Source: Gammaproteobacteria bacterium (GTDB taxonomy: Bacteria > Pseudomonadota > Gammaproteobacteria > Steroidobacterales > PWYM01). From it: a stretch of DNA of 64,000 nucleotides. A program made the position numbers and the translations under genes. The stretch's first letter is position 1; the number at the start of each line of letters is the position of its first letter. The DNA lies in assembly GCA_020832005.1 (NCBI GenBank), contig JAFIFN010000002.1:13600-77599 (forward strand), given 5' to 3'. The notes beneath the pieces are model-generated. The model worked only from the letters and a program-made list of their open reading frames with translations, ran no database searches and was not told the DNA's origin. Positions 56,283 to 64,000 of the stretch are shown here, in pieces.

Positions 56283-57398
56283 ATGTCGCTGTCACGCCTT
56301 GCCTGCCTGGTGCTGCTCGCGATATCGATGCCGCTGACTGGCTGCGGGGGCGGCGGCGGTGACACCGCGCAGGCACCCCCTGCGTCGCCGCCCCCTGCAG
56401 CGGCCGATCCCGCCGCAGCGCTCGACGCCGCCGCAGCTGAAGCGTTCGCCGAAGACGCGCCGGCCTCCGTGCCGGGCATGGCACTGGCCATCTACCGCCC
56501 CGGTGGTGAGCGCGTGTTCCTCGGCGTCTATGGCGACTTCGACTCGGAAGGCCGCTACGCTGTGGCCTCTGCCAGCAAGCTGGTCACCAGCCTGGTGCTG
56601 CTGAGGCTGATCGACCAGTCGTTCCTGGAGCTGACCAGCACCACCGGTGCTGTGCTGGGCTGGAGCGGCCCGCAGGCGGCCATCACCCTTGAGCAGTTGC
56701 TGTCGTTCACCTCAGGCCTGGCGCGCGATGCTGACTGTCTGCGCGAGGTGGCCATCACCCTGGCCGAATGTGCCGCCCAGATCGGTGCCGGGGCCCTGGT
56801 CGCAGCGCCCGGGACACGCTTTGACTACGGCGGTTCGCACATGCAGGTGGCCGCCCGCATGGCGGAGGTGGTCACCGGCTCGAACTGGAACGCGATATTT
56901 CGAACACAACTCGCTGACCCGCTCGGCCTCGCCGCTGATGTTCGCTACACCACGCTGCCGCGTCAGCGCATCGGGTTCAGCAACCCGCTTATCGGAGGCG
57001 GTCTGGCAGCGTCGGTCGATGAGTATGCCCGGCTGGTCGAGGCCGCGCTGGGGGCGCAGGCCGATGTGCAGGGTGTTGCGATCGACGCGGATCTGGCGGC
57101 GGCGATCTTCCGCTCACCCTACCCGGAAGCGCAGCGCGGCCAGGTGCCGGAACTGGCCGAAGTCCAGGACTTCGGCTACGGGCTCGGTGCCTGGCTGGAG
57201 TGCGATACACCGGGCACGGGCTGCGACATCGCCTCGTCCGCCGGGCTGTTCGGCTGGATGCCCTGGGTGGATCGCGAAGCCGGTTACATCGGCATTCTGG
57301 CGATGGAGGGCTCGGCCGTGCCCGGGGTCGCGACGGGTTTCTCCGTGCCACTGGCCGAGCGGCTGCGTCCGCTGGTATTGAAGGTACTTGGGAACTGA
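56283..57398 (+). CDS. serine hydrolase (beta-lactamase/transpeptidase-like, class C-related) lipoprotein
   Basis: ORF 56283..57398. Lipobox MPLTGCGG and an Ala/Pro-rich linker. The S-x-x-K motif ASASKLVT follows VPGMALAIYRPGG. A YGGSH-type motif is also present. Confidence 0.8.
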   Translation: MSLSRLACLVLLAISMPLTGCGGGGGDTAQAPPASPPPAAADPAAALDAAAAEAFAEDAPASVPGMALAIYRPGGERVFLGVYGDFDSEGRYAVASASKLVTSLVLLRLIDQSFLELTSTTGAVLGWSGPQAAITLEQLLSFTSGLARDADCLREVAITLAECAAQIGAGALVAAPGTRFDYGGSHMQVAARMAEVVTGSNWNAIFRTQLADPLGLAADVRYTTLPRQRIGFSNPLIGGGLAASVDEYARLVEAALGAQADVQGVAIDADLAAAIFRSPYPEAQRGQVPELAEVQDFGYGLGAWLECDTPGTGCDIASSAGLFGWMPWVDREAGYIGILAMEGSAVPGVATGFSVPLAERLRPLVLKVLGN

Positions 57399-57752
57399 GG
57401 CTGCAGGCGCCGGGCCATGAGCATCGCCGGGACCGGGGTATGTCGATGGGATATACGATAGGGCTGGTATCTGGGACCGCGGGGCATGGGTACATTGTCC
57501 TGTAATACAGCGGATGCACCATCCCTTTGAATTTCTGGCACACGACACTAGCCCGCCCGGTATTATTTCCAAAGCTAAGCAATACGTATGCAGCGTGCGG
57601 GTCAGGATTGCGAGCCCCCTGGGAGGGCGACTCGGGGCAGATGGAACAAGAAAAAATTGCGTATTTAGAGAGGGTTGCCGGCGGAATGCCGTCTCGAATC
57701 GCCGACTATCATGCCTTTTCTCTGGGCGTGCCGTACAGCTCGGCCGCTGGCG

Positions 57753-58211
57753 TCAGACCGCCGAATCGATCGAGTACAGCACAATCAGATGGCCGTCGGA
57801 GTCGACCACACCACGTTCCCGGCCACGCCGGCCATCCTGAGTATGCAGCACCTGCTCCTGCATCACTTCGACACCGTTAGTTGAAAGGAGGGCTGCGCTC
57901 ACTCGATCCATGTCTGCTACGCGGATCACTGCGGCCGCCAGGCGTGGCTTTGGCAATGGCGGCAAATCGACACCGCGGACTTCCGTCAACGCCAGTGTGC
58001 GTTGCTGAGTGGGGGTGCTGAGCGTACACAGGCGCAGCTGCGCCTGCGCTGGCATCCCGAACACGATCCACGAATAGGCGATATCCTCGCCCCCGATAAT
58101 GTAATCAACGCTAAACCCGAGTACATCCCGATAGACAGTCAGCGCATGTTCGAGGTCACGGACGATCAGATTGGCGCGCTGAAAAAACGGGGCCACTGCC
58201 GCTGTGCTCAT
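57753..58211 (-). CDS. VOC family protein
   Basis: ORF 57753..58211. ANLIVRDLEHALTVYRDVLGFSV and a C-terminal ..GVVDSDGHLIVLY fit a single VOC domain pair. Confidence 0.7.
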   Translation of the reverse strand: MSTAAVAPFFQRANLIVRDLEHALTVYRDVLGFSVDYIIGGEDIAYSWIVFGMPAQAQLRLCTLSTPTQQRTLALTEVRGVDLPPLPKPRLAAAVIRVADMDRVSAALLSTNGVEVMQEQVLHTQDGRRGRERGVVDSDGHLIVLYSIDSAV

Positions 58212-58244
58212 AAAATCCTCCTGAAACCGATCGGGTAGCCAATC

Positions 58245-59078
58245 TCAGTTGGCTGACTTCACCCCATGATGTGTGGCGAATTCACCTGCGAAACGCCCGC
58301 CGTCCACGACGATTTCGGCCCCCGTGATTCCACGCGCGGCATCGCTGCACAGGAATACCACCATGTTGCCAATATCCCTTGGGTGTCCGAGTCTGCCCAG
58401 CGGCGTTTTCGCGATATTCGCGCGTACGAAGGCCATTGCTCCCTCCTCGCCGTAGAGAGCGATCGCACCGGGCGATGGGCGATCCGCGTCTTCAAACATG
58501 ACGCCCGGATGCACAGCATTGACACGCACGGCGAGTCCTCCATGGCGGCCTTCCAGGGCAGCAGCCCGTGCCAGATTGGTCGAACCACCCTTGGCCATGG
58601 CATAGGCCGTCGAGTTCGGGGTACCCCGAAGTGCCGATAGGGCCGATATGTTCACGATCGAGCCCTCGCCGCCCGGGTTGTGTCGCATGACGCGAAACGC
58701 ATGGCGGATTCCAAGGAACATACCGAGCACGTTGACGCGTACGACGAAGTGGAGATCCTCGAGCGAGAGTTCGCCGATAGGGCGCAGACGGGAGACGCCG
58801 GCATTGTTGAGTAGAACGTCAAGCCGTCCGTAGCGTTCAACCACACCGTCCACGACCCGCGACCAGTCGGCATCGACAGCAACGTCGTGCGGAACGTATT
58901 CCGCGCGAAGTCCCGCGGCGGCCAGAAGATCGAGCGTCTCGGCAGCACCTTGCTCATTGCGCCCCGTGATCACAACCGTTGCACCCGCTGACGCCAGCGC
59001 TAACGCACTGCCGCGACCAAGGCCCGCGGTACCACCGGTCACCAGCGCGACCCGACCGTGCAACACCGGCCTGACCAT
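58245..59078 (-). CDS. SDR family oxidoreductase (catalytically complete)
   Basis: ORF 58245..59129 trimmed to the ATG at 59078 (MVRPVLHGRVALVTGGTAGLG). NNAG, and STAYAMAKGG (Y-x-x-x-K present). The start lies 1 nt after the upstream SDR-like stop. Confidence 0.85.
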   Translation of the reverse strand: MVRPVLHGRVALVTGGTAGLGRGSALALASAGATVVITGRNEQGAAETLDLLAAAGLRAEYVPHDVAVDADWSRVVDGVVERYGRLDVLLNNAGVSRLRPIGELSLEDLHFVVRVNVLGMFLGIRHAFRVMRHNPGGEGSIVNISALSALRGTPNSTAYAMAKGGSTNLARAAALEGRHGGLAVRVNAVHPGVMFEDADRPSPGAIALYGEEGAMAFVRANIAKTPLGRLGHPRDIGNMVVFLCSDAARGITGAEIVVDGGRFAGEFATHHGVKSAN

Positions 59079-59079
59079 C

Positions 59080-59811
59080 TCAGGCTGCAAGGAATCCGGC
59101 GTCGACGGGTAACTCCAGGCCCGTGACATAACCGGATTCTTCTGTGAGCAGGAACACGACTGCCGCGGCTACGTCCTGCGCGGCGACCGGTACCGCATTG
59201 GGAAGTACGCGCCCATCCGGGAAGTGTTCCGGATCGTCGTCCATACGCCCTGCGAGCACCGCGTTGACGAGAATGCCGTCGCGTTCCCGGGCGCATTCGA
59301 GCGCAGCCGACTTCGTTGCCATGAGGATGCCGCGCGCTGCCGCGCAGGTCGCCGAGCAACCTGCAGCGGCGGTGCGAGCAAGCACACTTGTAACGTTGAC
59401 GATGCGTCCGCCACCTCGTGCGCGCAGCAGCGGAATACCGTACTTCATGCCCAGCCAGCTCGCAGTGCCGTTACGATTGAACAGGTCCATGAACCGATCT
59501 GGCGACAGGCACTCCACGTCGTCGAAACGAAATGCCTGCGCTGCGTTTACCAGCAGGTCAAGGCCTCCCGATTGCTTGGTCAGCTGCTCACTGACGTACG
59601 CCCACTGCGATTCGTCAACCGGGTCAAAGGCGATGGCCCGTGCCCCCACCTGTGCGCCCGCAGCACGCTGCGCCGCCGCAGCGTCGCGATCTGCAAACCA
59701 GGTGTCGACGCCAGCCGAGGCAAGAAGCCTGCCCACGGCCGCGCCGACAGCATTCCCGGTACCGGTCACCAGCGCGACGAGATCCTCTCTGGCGCCTAAG
59801 GCTGGTGCCAC
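59080..59811 (-). CDS. SDR-fold protein lacking the catalytic Tyr and Lys (possible non-catalytic partner subunit)
   Basis: This is the C-terminal 243 codons of ORF 59080..60585. The GTG at 59809-59811 has AGAGG upstream and overlaps the MFS stop by 16 nt. LVALVTGTGNAVG glycine motif. Ser is present (NVTS), but 13 and 17 residues later the expected Y and K are T and A (GCSATCAAARG, where GLSAYSASKAA is expected). Confidence 0.7.
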   Translation of the reverse strand: MAPALGAREDLVALVTGTGNAVGAAVGRLLASAGVDTWFADRDAAAAQRAAGAQVGARAIAFDPVDESQWAYVSEQLTKQSGGLDLLVNAAQAFRFDDVECLSPDRFMDLFNRNGTASWLGMKYGIPLLRARGGGRIVNVTSVLARTAAAGCSATCAAARGILMATKSAALECARERDGILVNAVLAGRMDDDPEHFPDGRVLPNAVPVAAQDVAAAVVFLLTEESGYVTGLELPVDAGFLAA

Positions 59812-61169
59812 GCGTCCGCCTCTTCTGCAGAACGACGATAATTGGTCCGCCCCAGCAGCAGGATCACCAGCCCGACAGAACCGACCACGACCGTAACGAG
59901 CAGCAGCGAGTACCGCAGCAGCGCTTCGTCGCGGAACACGTAATCCGTGAGCATGGCCACCGAAGTGGGGCCAAGAAACAATCCGGCGAGACTGATGACC
60001 AGCAGGTAGAGCGCGGATATCTGCGCGCGGAACTCGGCCGGAGCCACGTGGACCACGGCCGCCGAACTCGAAGCCGACGCCATCGCCATCGCAAACATGG
60101 CCGGGCACAGGAGCGCCACCGCCACCAGTGGGCCAGGCGCCAGCGGCACGAGGATCGCGAACGGCAGCGCAAGCAGCACGCTGGCAAGGAAAGTAAGGTA
60201 CGGCGCATCCGGCCGGCCGCGTCGATACAGGACCTCGGACACCCTGGCACCGGTGATCACGCCGAGAGGACCGAACACGGCGAGCACGCCCCCGTAGTAA
60301 AGGCCTGCGGTAGCCGCATCGAGCCCCCAGGTACGTTGGAACATGCTGGGCAACCAGAAGTACGAATAGCCGATCGTGGTAATAACCGAGTTTCCGAGGA
60401 ACACTGCGCCAAACGTACGCCAGCGCTGCAGTACGAATCTCGCGGTATCGGCTACCGGAAGGCGCTTGCGGACACCCACCGCCCCACCGGTCATGAACCC
60501 ACGACGCAAGGGTTCGCGGATCGTCAGCATGACAACAGCGAGCAGAATGCCTGGCAGCCCGACCACCACGAAGGTCATCTGCCAAGGCTCAAGTTCACCG
60601 ACAAGCGGCCAAACGACCCCCTGAGCCTGAGTTACCCAAAGGACAACCTGCGCACCCAGCAGAAAGGCCAGCCCCGCGCCGATCGACTGCCCCATCGTGT
60701 ATAGGCCGATGGCCTTCAGCGCGGTTCGCCTCGGGAAGTAGTCCGAAATCATGGAATAGGCGGAGGGCGACAGCGTGGCTTCACCCACGCCGACCATGAT
60801 CCGGGATACGAAGAGATGCAGGAAGTTGGCTGCCAGACCACAGGCTGCCGTCGCAGCCGACCACAGGGCCACGCCGACGACGATGATGTTGCGTCGGTTT
60901 GAGCGGTCAGCGAGAACCCCGATGGGAATACCTAGCGTGGCGTAGAAGATTCCGAAAGCAGGACCCATCAGCCAGGCCATCTGCACATCGGAAAGACCTA
61001 GGTCTGCCTTGATCGGTTCGATCAACAACGCGAGTATGCCGCGGTCGATAAACGCGACAATGTAGGCGACGATCAAAAGGGCAACTACGTACCAGGCATA
61101 GAGAGGCCGTGGATACGGGACGGTCGCCTCGGTTTTGACATCGCCGTTACCCGACTCGACAAGCGCCAT
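59796..61169 (-). CDS. MFS transporter
   Basis: ORF 59796..61169. 12-TM layout. FIDRGILALLIEPIKADLGLSD and LADRSNRRNIIV (motif A-like). The start overlaps the upstream stop by 1 nt (TGATG). Confidence 0.85.
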   Translation of the reverse strand: MALVESGNGDVKTEATVPYPRPLYAWYVVALLIVAYIVAFIDRGILALLIEPIKADLGLSDVQMAWLMGPAFGIFYATLGIPIGVLADRSNRRNIIVVGVALWSAATAACGLAANFLHLFVSRIMVGVGEATLSPSAYSMISDYFPRRTALKAIGLYTMGQSIGAGLAFLLGAQVVLWVTQAQGVVWPLVGELEPWQMTFVVVGLPGILLAVVMLTIREPLRRGFMTGGAVGVRKRLPVADTARFVLQRWRTFGAVFLGNSVITTIGYSYFWLPSMFQRTWGLDAATAGLYYGGVLAVFGPLGVITGARVSEVLYRRGRPDAPYLTFLASVLLALPFAILVPLAPGPLVAVALLCPAMFAMAMASASSSAAVVHVAPAEFRAQISALYLLVISLAGLFLGPTSVAMLTDYVFRDEALLRYSLLLVTVVVGSVGLVILLLGRTNYRRSAEEADAWHQP

Positions 61170-62206
61170 CAGCAGTTCACCGGCGTGCTGTCGGCAGCCT
61201 CAAGCAGGCACCAGGTGCTGCCGTCCGGGGCATCACACAGCACGGCGCGCTCACCGAATTCATTGGCAACCGGTGCGCTGTGCACCGTGCCACCGGCCTC
61301 CTCCACACGCCTGCACGCCGTTTCCAGACCGAGCATACGCAAACTATAGGTCGTGTAGCCAAGCGCTCCGGGCGTCGTATGGGCCCGGTAGTCGGGCATA
61401 TCGATGTCAGGCGAGAAATTGAACAGCGTCACTCGTCCAGAACGTTTGCCAGCGCCTAACGGATCGGAACGCGGATCATCGAACTTTACCAAGCGGAAAC
61501 CCTCGCCTTCAGCCAAGCCCAGAATATCCTTACCCGAGGTCCCGATGTCCTCCCAAGGCAGCTCGAAGTCACCCGTACGACGTAGACCAAGGGTCTCGTC
61601 GTAGAACGACAGCGAAGTATCATCGGCACCCTGTATCACCAGACAGAAGTGTGTGAACTGGCTGGCTTCGAACATGCTGCCACGGTGGATCGTCCCGTAC
61701 AAAGGATGATCCACATCGGCGCGCTCGAACAGCACCTGACGAGACAGAGGCTGGGCGAGCGCCATCTCCACCACGCCGGGAATGGGTCGCCTGAAAGGGG
61801 TATGCCCCGGCTGCGCTGGCACGAAGTCAGGGGCGTGGATGCGGATATCGCCGCCCTGCTGACGGAGGTATTTCGCGTGCGCGAGCATTCGCCCCAATTG
61901 TTTGACCATGCCGGCTGTCCAACGGCCGCCCCGGACCCGGAATGGCGCCAACTCAAGACCCCGCCCCGTCGGGGAGCTCCACTGAACCAGTCTGACAAGA
62001 CCATGGTCCGCCTGCTGATGCCACATGCGTACAGCGCGGCACGCAGAAGGAACACCGTAGAGGCGTTGCGCGCCCTGCGCGTCGAGCTGGCCGATGTCGC
62101 CGACCCGGTAGCCGAACAACTCCCAATAGGCGATCGCCGATACCAGGTCCGGCACCCCCACCATGACGTCGAGGACGCCACCGGTGACTTGGCCTTCCGG
62201 AGTCAT
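61169..62206 (-). CDS. multi-module VOC-fold protein, paralog A (function unknown)
   Basis: ORF 61169..62323 trimmed to the ATG at 62206, 345 aa. It has three VOC-like modules: VGVPDLVSAIAYWELFGYRV.., QFTHFCLVIQGADDTSLSFYDETLGL.., YSLRMLGLETACRRVEEAGG..EFGERAVLCDAPDGSTWCLLE. By eye it is roughly 55-60% identical to the upstream paralog. Confidence 0.65.
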   Translation of the reverse strand: MTPEGQVTGGVLDVMVGVPDLVSAIAYWELFGYRVGDIGQLDAQGAQRLYGVPSACRAVRMWHQQADHGLVRLVQWSSPTGRGLELAPFRVRGGRWTAGMVKQLGRMLAHAKYLRQQGGDIRIHAPDFVPAQPGHTPFRRPIPGVVEMALAQPLSRQVLFERADVDHPLYGTIHRGSMFEASQFTHFCLVIQGADDTSLSFYDETLGLRRTGDFELPWEDIGTSGKDILGLAEGEGFRLVKFDDPRSDPLGAGKRSGRVTLFNFSPDIDMPDYRAHTTPGALGYTTYSLRMLGLETACRRVEEAGGTVHSAPVANEFGERAVLCDAPDGSTWCLLEAADSTPVNC

Positions 62207-62237
62207 CGCCTGCCCCGGTGCACGCGCAGATGATGGC

Positions 62238-63281
62238 TCATGCCGCCAAGGCCAGCGTATCGTCGGAGGCCACGAAGCACCAAGGTGTGCCATCGGGCGC
62301 AGTGGCGACGAAACTTCGCTCACCGAACTCGTTCACCATGACATCACTCTGGGCGCCCGCGCCGCTTGCAGCTGCAGTGGCGTGTGTTGCCTCCACATCG
62401 GCGACACGTAACGAATAAAGCGAGTGACCCCAGGCGCCTGGACGCGATGCGATGCGCATGTCCTCCAGCTCACTGTCGGCGGAGAAATTGAACAGAATGA
62501 TGCGCCCGGAACGCTTGTTCACCCCACCCTCGGAGCGAGGATCGTCAAAACGGAACATGTGGAAGCCCTCACCTTCCCGAAGCTCAAAGATATCCTTGCC
62601 GGAGCTGCCGACATCAGCCCACGAGAGCTTGAAGTCCCCGCTACGCTGAAGACCCAACACTCGGTCGTAGAATTCGAATGCATCCGCGGCAACGCCGCAG
62701 AGGATCACGCACACGTGCGTGAACTGGCTTGCTCGCATCAGACAATCGTGGTTTACAGCCCCGTACAAAGGGCTCGGAAAGTCCGCTCGCTCGAAAAGCA
62801 CCTGCCGATACAGAGGCTGCACGACGGCCATCTCCATTGCGACAGGCAGCTCACGACGGAACGGAGCCATTGGCGTACCTGATCCAGGTAGAACATCAGG
62901 GTGGAACATCCTGACCTCTCCACCCTGTGCGGCATGATACTTGGCATGTGCAATCATCCGGGCGATGCGGTCCAGCTCCATCGCACTCCAGCGGCTGCCG
63001 TGCACACGGAACGGCGCCATGCCGAGCCCGGGGCCACTCGGATTCTCCCATTGCCAAAGGCGCACCAGGCCATGGTCCGCCTTCTGGTGCCACATGCGGA
63101 CGGCCTGAAGCGCGCCGGAGTGCCCGTACAACCTATCGGCGCTGGTTGCATCCAGTGCACCGATATCTCCCACTCGGTAGCCGAAGAGCTCCCAGTAGGC
63201 GATTGCCTCGACCAGATCAGGGACACCTATGCAGACATCGAACGCCCCGCCGCGAACATGGCCAGTCTCACCCCCCGCCAT
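62238..63281 (-). CDS. multi-module VOC-fold protein, paralog B (function unknown)
   Basis: This is the C-terminal 347 codons of ORF 62238..63890, starting at the ATG at 63281 (MAGGETGHVRGGAFDVCIGVPDLVEAIAYWELFGYRV). It is colinear with paralog A along its whole length. The start overlaps the receptor stop by 14 nt. Confidence 0.65.
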   Translation of the reverse strand: MAGGETGHVRGGAFDVCIGVPDLVEAIAYWELFGYRVGDIGALDATSADRLYGHSGALQAVRMWHQKADHGLVRLWQWENPSGPGLGMAPFRVHGSRWSAMELDRIARMIAHAKYHAAQGGEVRMFHPDVLPGSGTPMAPFRRELPVAMEMAVVQPLYRQVLFERADFPSPLYGAVNHDCLMRASQFTHVCVILCGVAADAFEFYDRVLGLQRSGDFKLSWADVGSSGKDIFELREGEGFHMFRFDDPRSEGGVNKRSGRIILFNFSADSELEDMRIASRPGAWGHSLYSLRVADVEATHATAAASGAGAQSDVMVNEFGERSFVATAPDGTPWCFVASDDTLALAA

Positions 63282-64000
63282 AGCGCACCGTGAAGGTCGC
63301 ACCAAAAGTTCGGCCATCGGCCGGACTGACATTCCACGCGCGTGCAAAGAATCCGTTCCCGAGCGAATTGGCTGCGTCGATGAAACGAATACCCACCGGG
63401 GGCGTGCGGTCGTCGAATACGTTACGCGCCCAGAGACTTGCCTCCCATCGTTCGGAAACCAGCCCGAGGCGCAGGTTGACCCGTGTCGAATCACCCGTCG
63501 AGGCAAGATTGGCCGACGTCGAGTACTGCTTCGACTGGTAGAGCATTTCCGACCGCAAGTACCAGCTAGCCCCGGCCAGCGGCGCAAACTCACGCTCGAA
63601 AGTGGCGACCATATTCGCCTGATGCTTGGATTGCCTTGGTAACTGGTTGCCAGATACGTCGCCGTCAGGTGCGAAACTGGGCAGCGGCGCGAGCGCCACA
63701 TCGAAGAACTCGTCGAACTCCGCATCGGCCAGCGCATAGCCAGCCTGTATCGTCCAGTCGTTACCCAGGCGCGCCAGGAGCTCGACCTCGATACCCTTGA
63801 CTGTGCTGGCTGCTGCGTTGGTGACGTAGGTGTTGGCGCTTGGGCCGGCCTGCGAGGCCGATGAGATCTGCTGATCCTTCCAGTCGACATAGAAGACGCC
63901 GAAATTCAGGACTGCGCGCCCGTCGGCCAGTGTCAGCTTGGCCCCGGTTTCGTAGGTCCAGTTTTGCTCAGGATTATAGCTTCGCTCCTCGGGGAAAACG
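63268..64000 (-). CDS. TonB-dependent receptor, C-terminal part (gene continues past the right edge)
   Basis: ORF 63268..63699 gives ...YLRSEMLYQSKQY..RVNLRLGLVSERWEASLWARNVFDD..RTFGATFTVRYGGG, typical terminal barrel strands. The frame stays open upstream to the window edge, where the reverse translation continues as barrel-like sequence. Confidence 0.8.
   Translation of the reverse strand, partial: VFPEERSYNPEQNWTYETGAKLTLADGRAVLNFGVFYVDWKDQQISSASQAGPSANTYVTNAAASTVKGIEVELLARLGNDWTIQAGYALADAEFDEFFDVALAPLPSFAPDGDVSGNQLPRQSKHQANMVATFEREFAPLAGASWYLRSEMLYQSKQYSTSANLASTGDSTRVNLRLGLVSERWEASLWARNVFDDRTPPVGIRFIDAANSLGNGFFARAWNVSPADGRTFGATFTVRYGGG

Noticed and set aside
59812-60585. N-terminal 258 codons of the 501-aa ORF that ends as the SDR-like protein.
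   Set aside because: It overlaps the MFS gene in another frame and has no SDR-related sequence. A GTG with an RBS at 59811 gives a normal SDR N-terminus.
59640-60704. 354-aa plus-strand ORF opposite the MFS and SDR genes.
   Set aside because: It is Arg/His/Gln/Pro-rich low complexity. The opposite strand encodes a 12-TM transporter.
63282-63890. N-terminal 203 codons of the 550-aa ORF that ends as VOC paralog B.
   Set aside because: It overlaps the receptor C-terminus in another frame and is Ser/Arg/Pro/Trp-rich. Homology to paralog A begins exactly at the ATG at 63281.

Overview
GC-rich proteobacterial chromosomal DNA, judged by eye and not computed. The gene content looks like an environmental gammaproteobacterium, but the taxon cannot be fixed from sequence alone. 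I support about 63 protein-coding genes. I found no rRNA, tRNA, CRISPR array, transposase or integrase. Many long ORFs in the track are antisense or out-of-frame shadows typical of high-GC DNA and were rejected.

Layout:
- 1-20.4 kb: mixed housekeeping and miscellaneous genes. These include TetR, a flavin monooxygenase, LysR, a YihG-like acyltransferase coupled to an iodotyrosine-deiodinase-like nitroreductase, a Tat-exported flavoprotein, a DUF1800/DUF1501 pair, vapBC, yafV and maeB. There is also a translationally coupled trio: a secreted Cys-repeat protein, DUF423 and DUF2256.
- 20.4-22.4 kb: a visibly AT-richer islet holding a PIN/NYN-like protein, a phd/vapC pair and a 490-bp gap with no convincing gene.
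- 22.4-52 kb and 57.7-64 kb: a dense uptake and catabolism island. It has 3 TonB-dependent receptors, 4 MFS transporters, 2 Cys-type arylsulfatases plus a formylglycine-generating enzyme, an IlvD/Edd dehydratase, an FAH-family enzyme, SDRs, a P450, and five of the window's six VOC-fold genes.
- 52.1-57.4 kb: an orphan flagellin gene, followed by an FG-GAP lipoprotein and a serine-hydrolase lipoprotein.

Most interesting observations:
1. A split ACAD10/11-type (Lva-like) kinase plus acyl-CoA-dehydrogenase operon, extended by two unknown membrane proteins and an alpha/beta hydrolase.
2. A repeated palindromic operator (ATTGTCGACAAT / AATTGTATATTGT) that ties the sulfatase, dehydratase and FGE genes into one GntR regulon.
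3. Tandem triple-VOC paralogs next to an SDR that lacks its catalytic Tyr and Lys.
4. The Cys-repeat / DUF423 / DUF2256 unit.
5. A sigma-28-type promoter ending 9 nt before the orphan fliC start codon.
6. A 48-nt TetR gene fragment (57 nt with a weaker 9-nt extension) and a truncated VOC gene that mark an old rearrangement.

All functional calls rest on motif and family recognition from memory. No database search was run.
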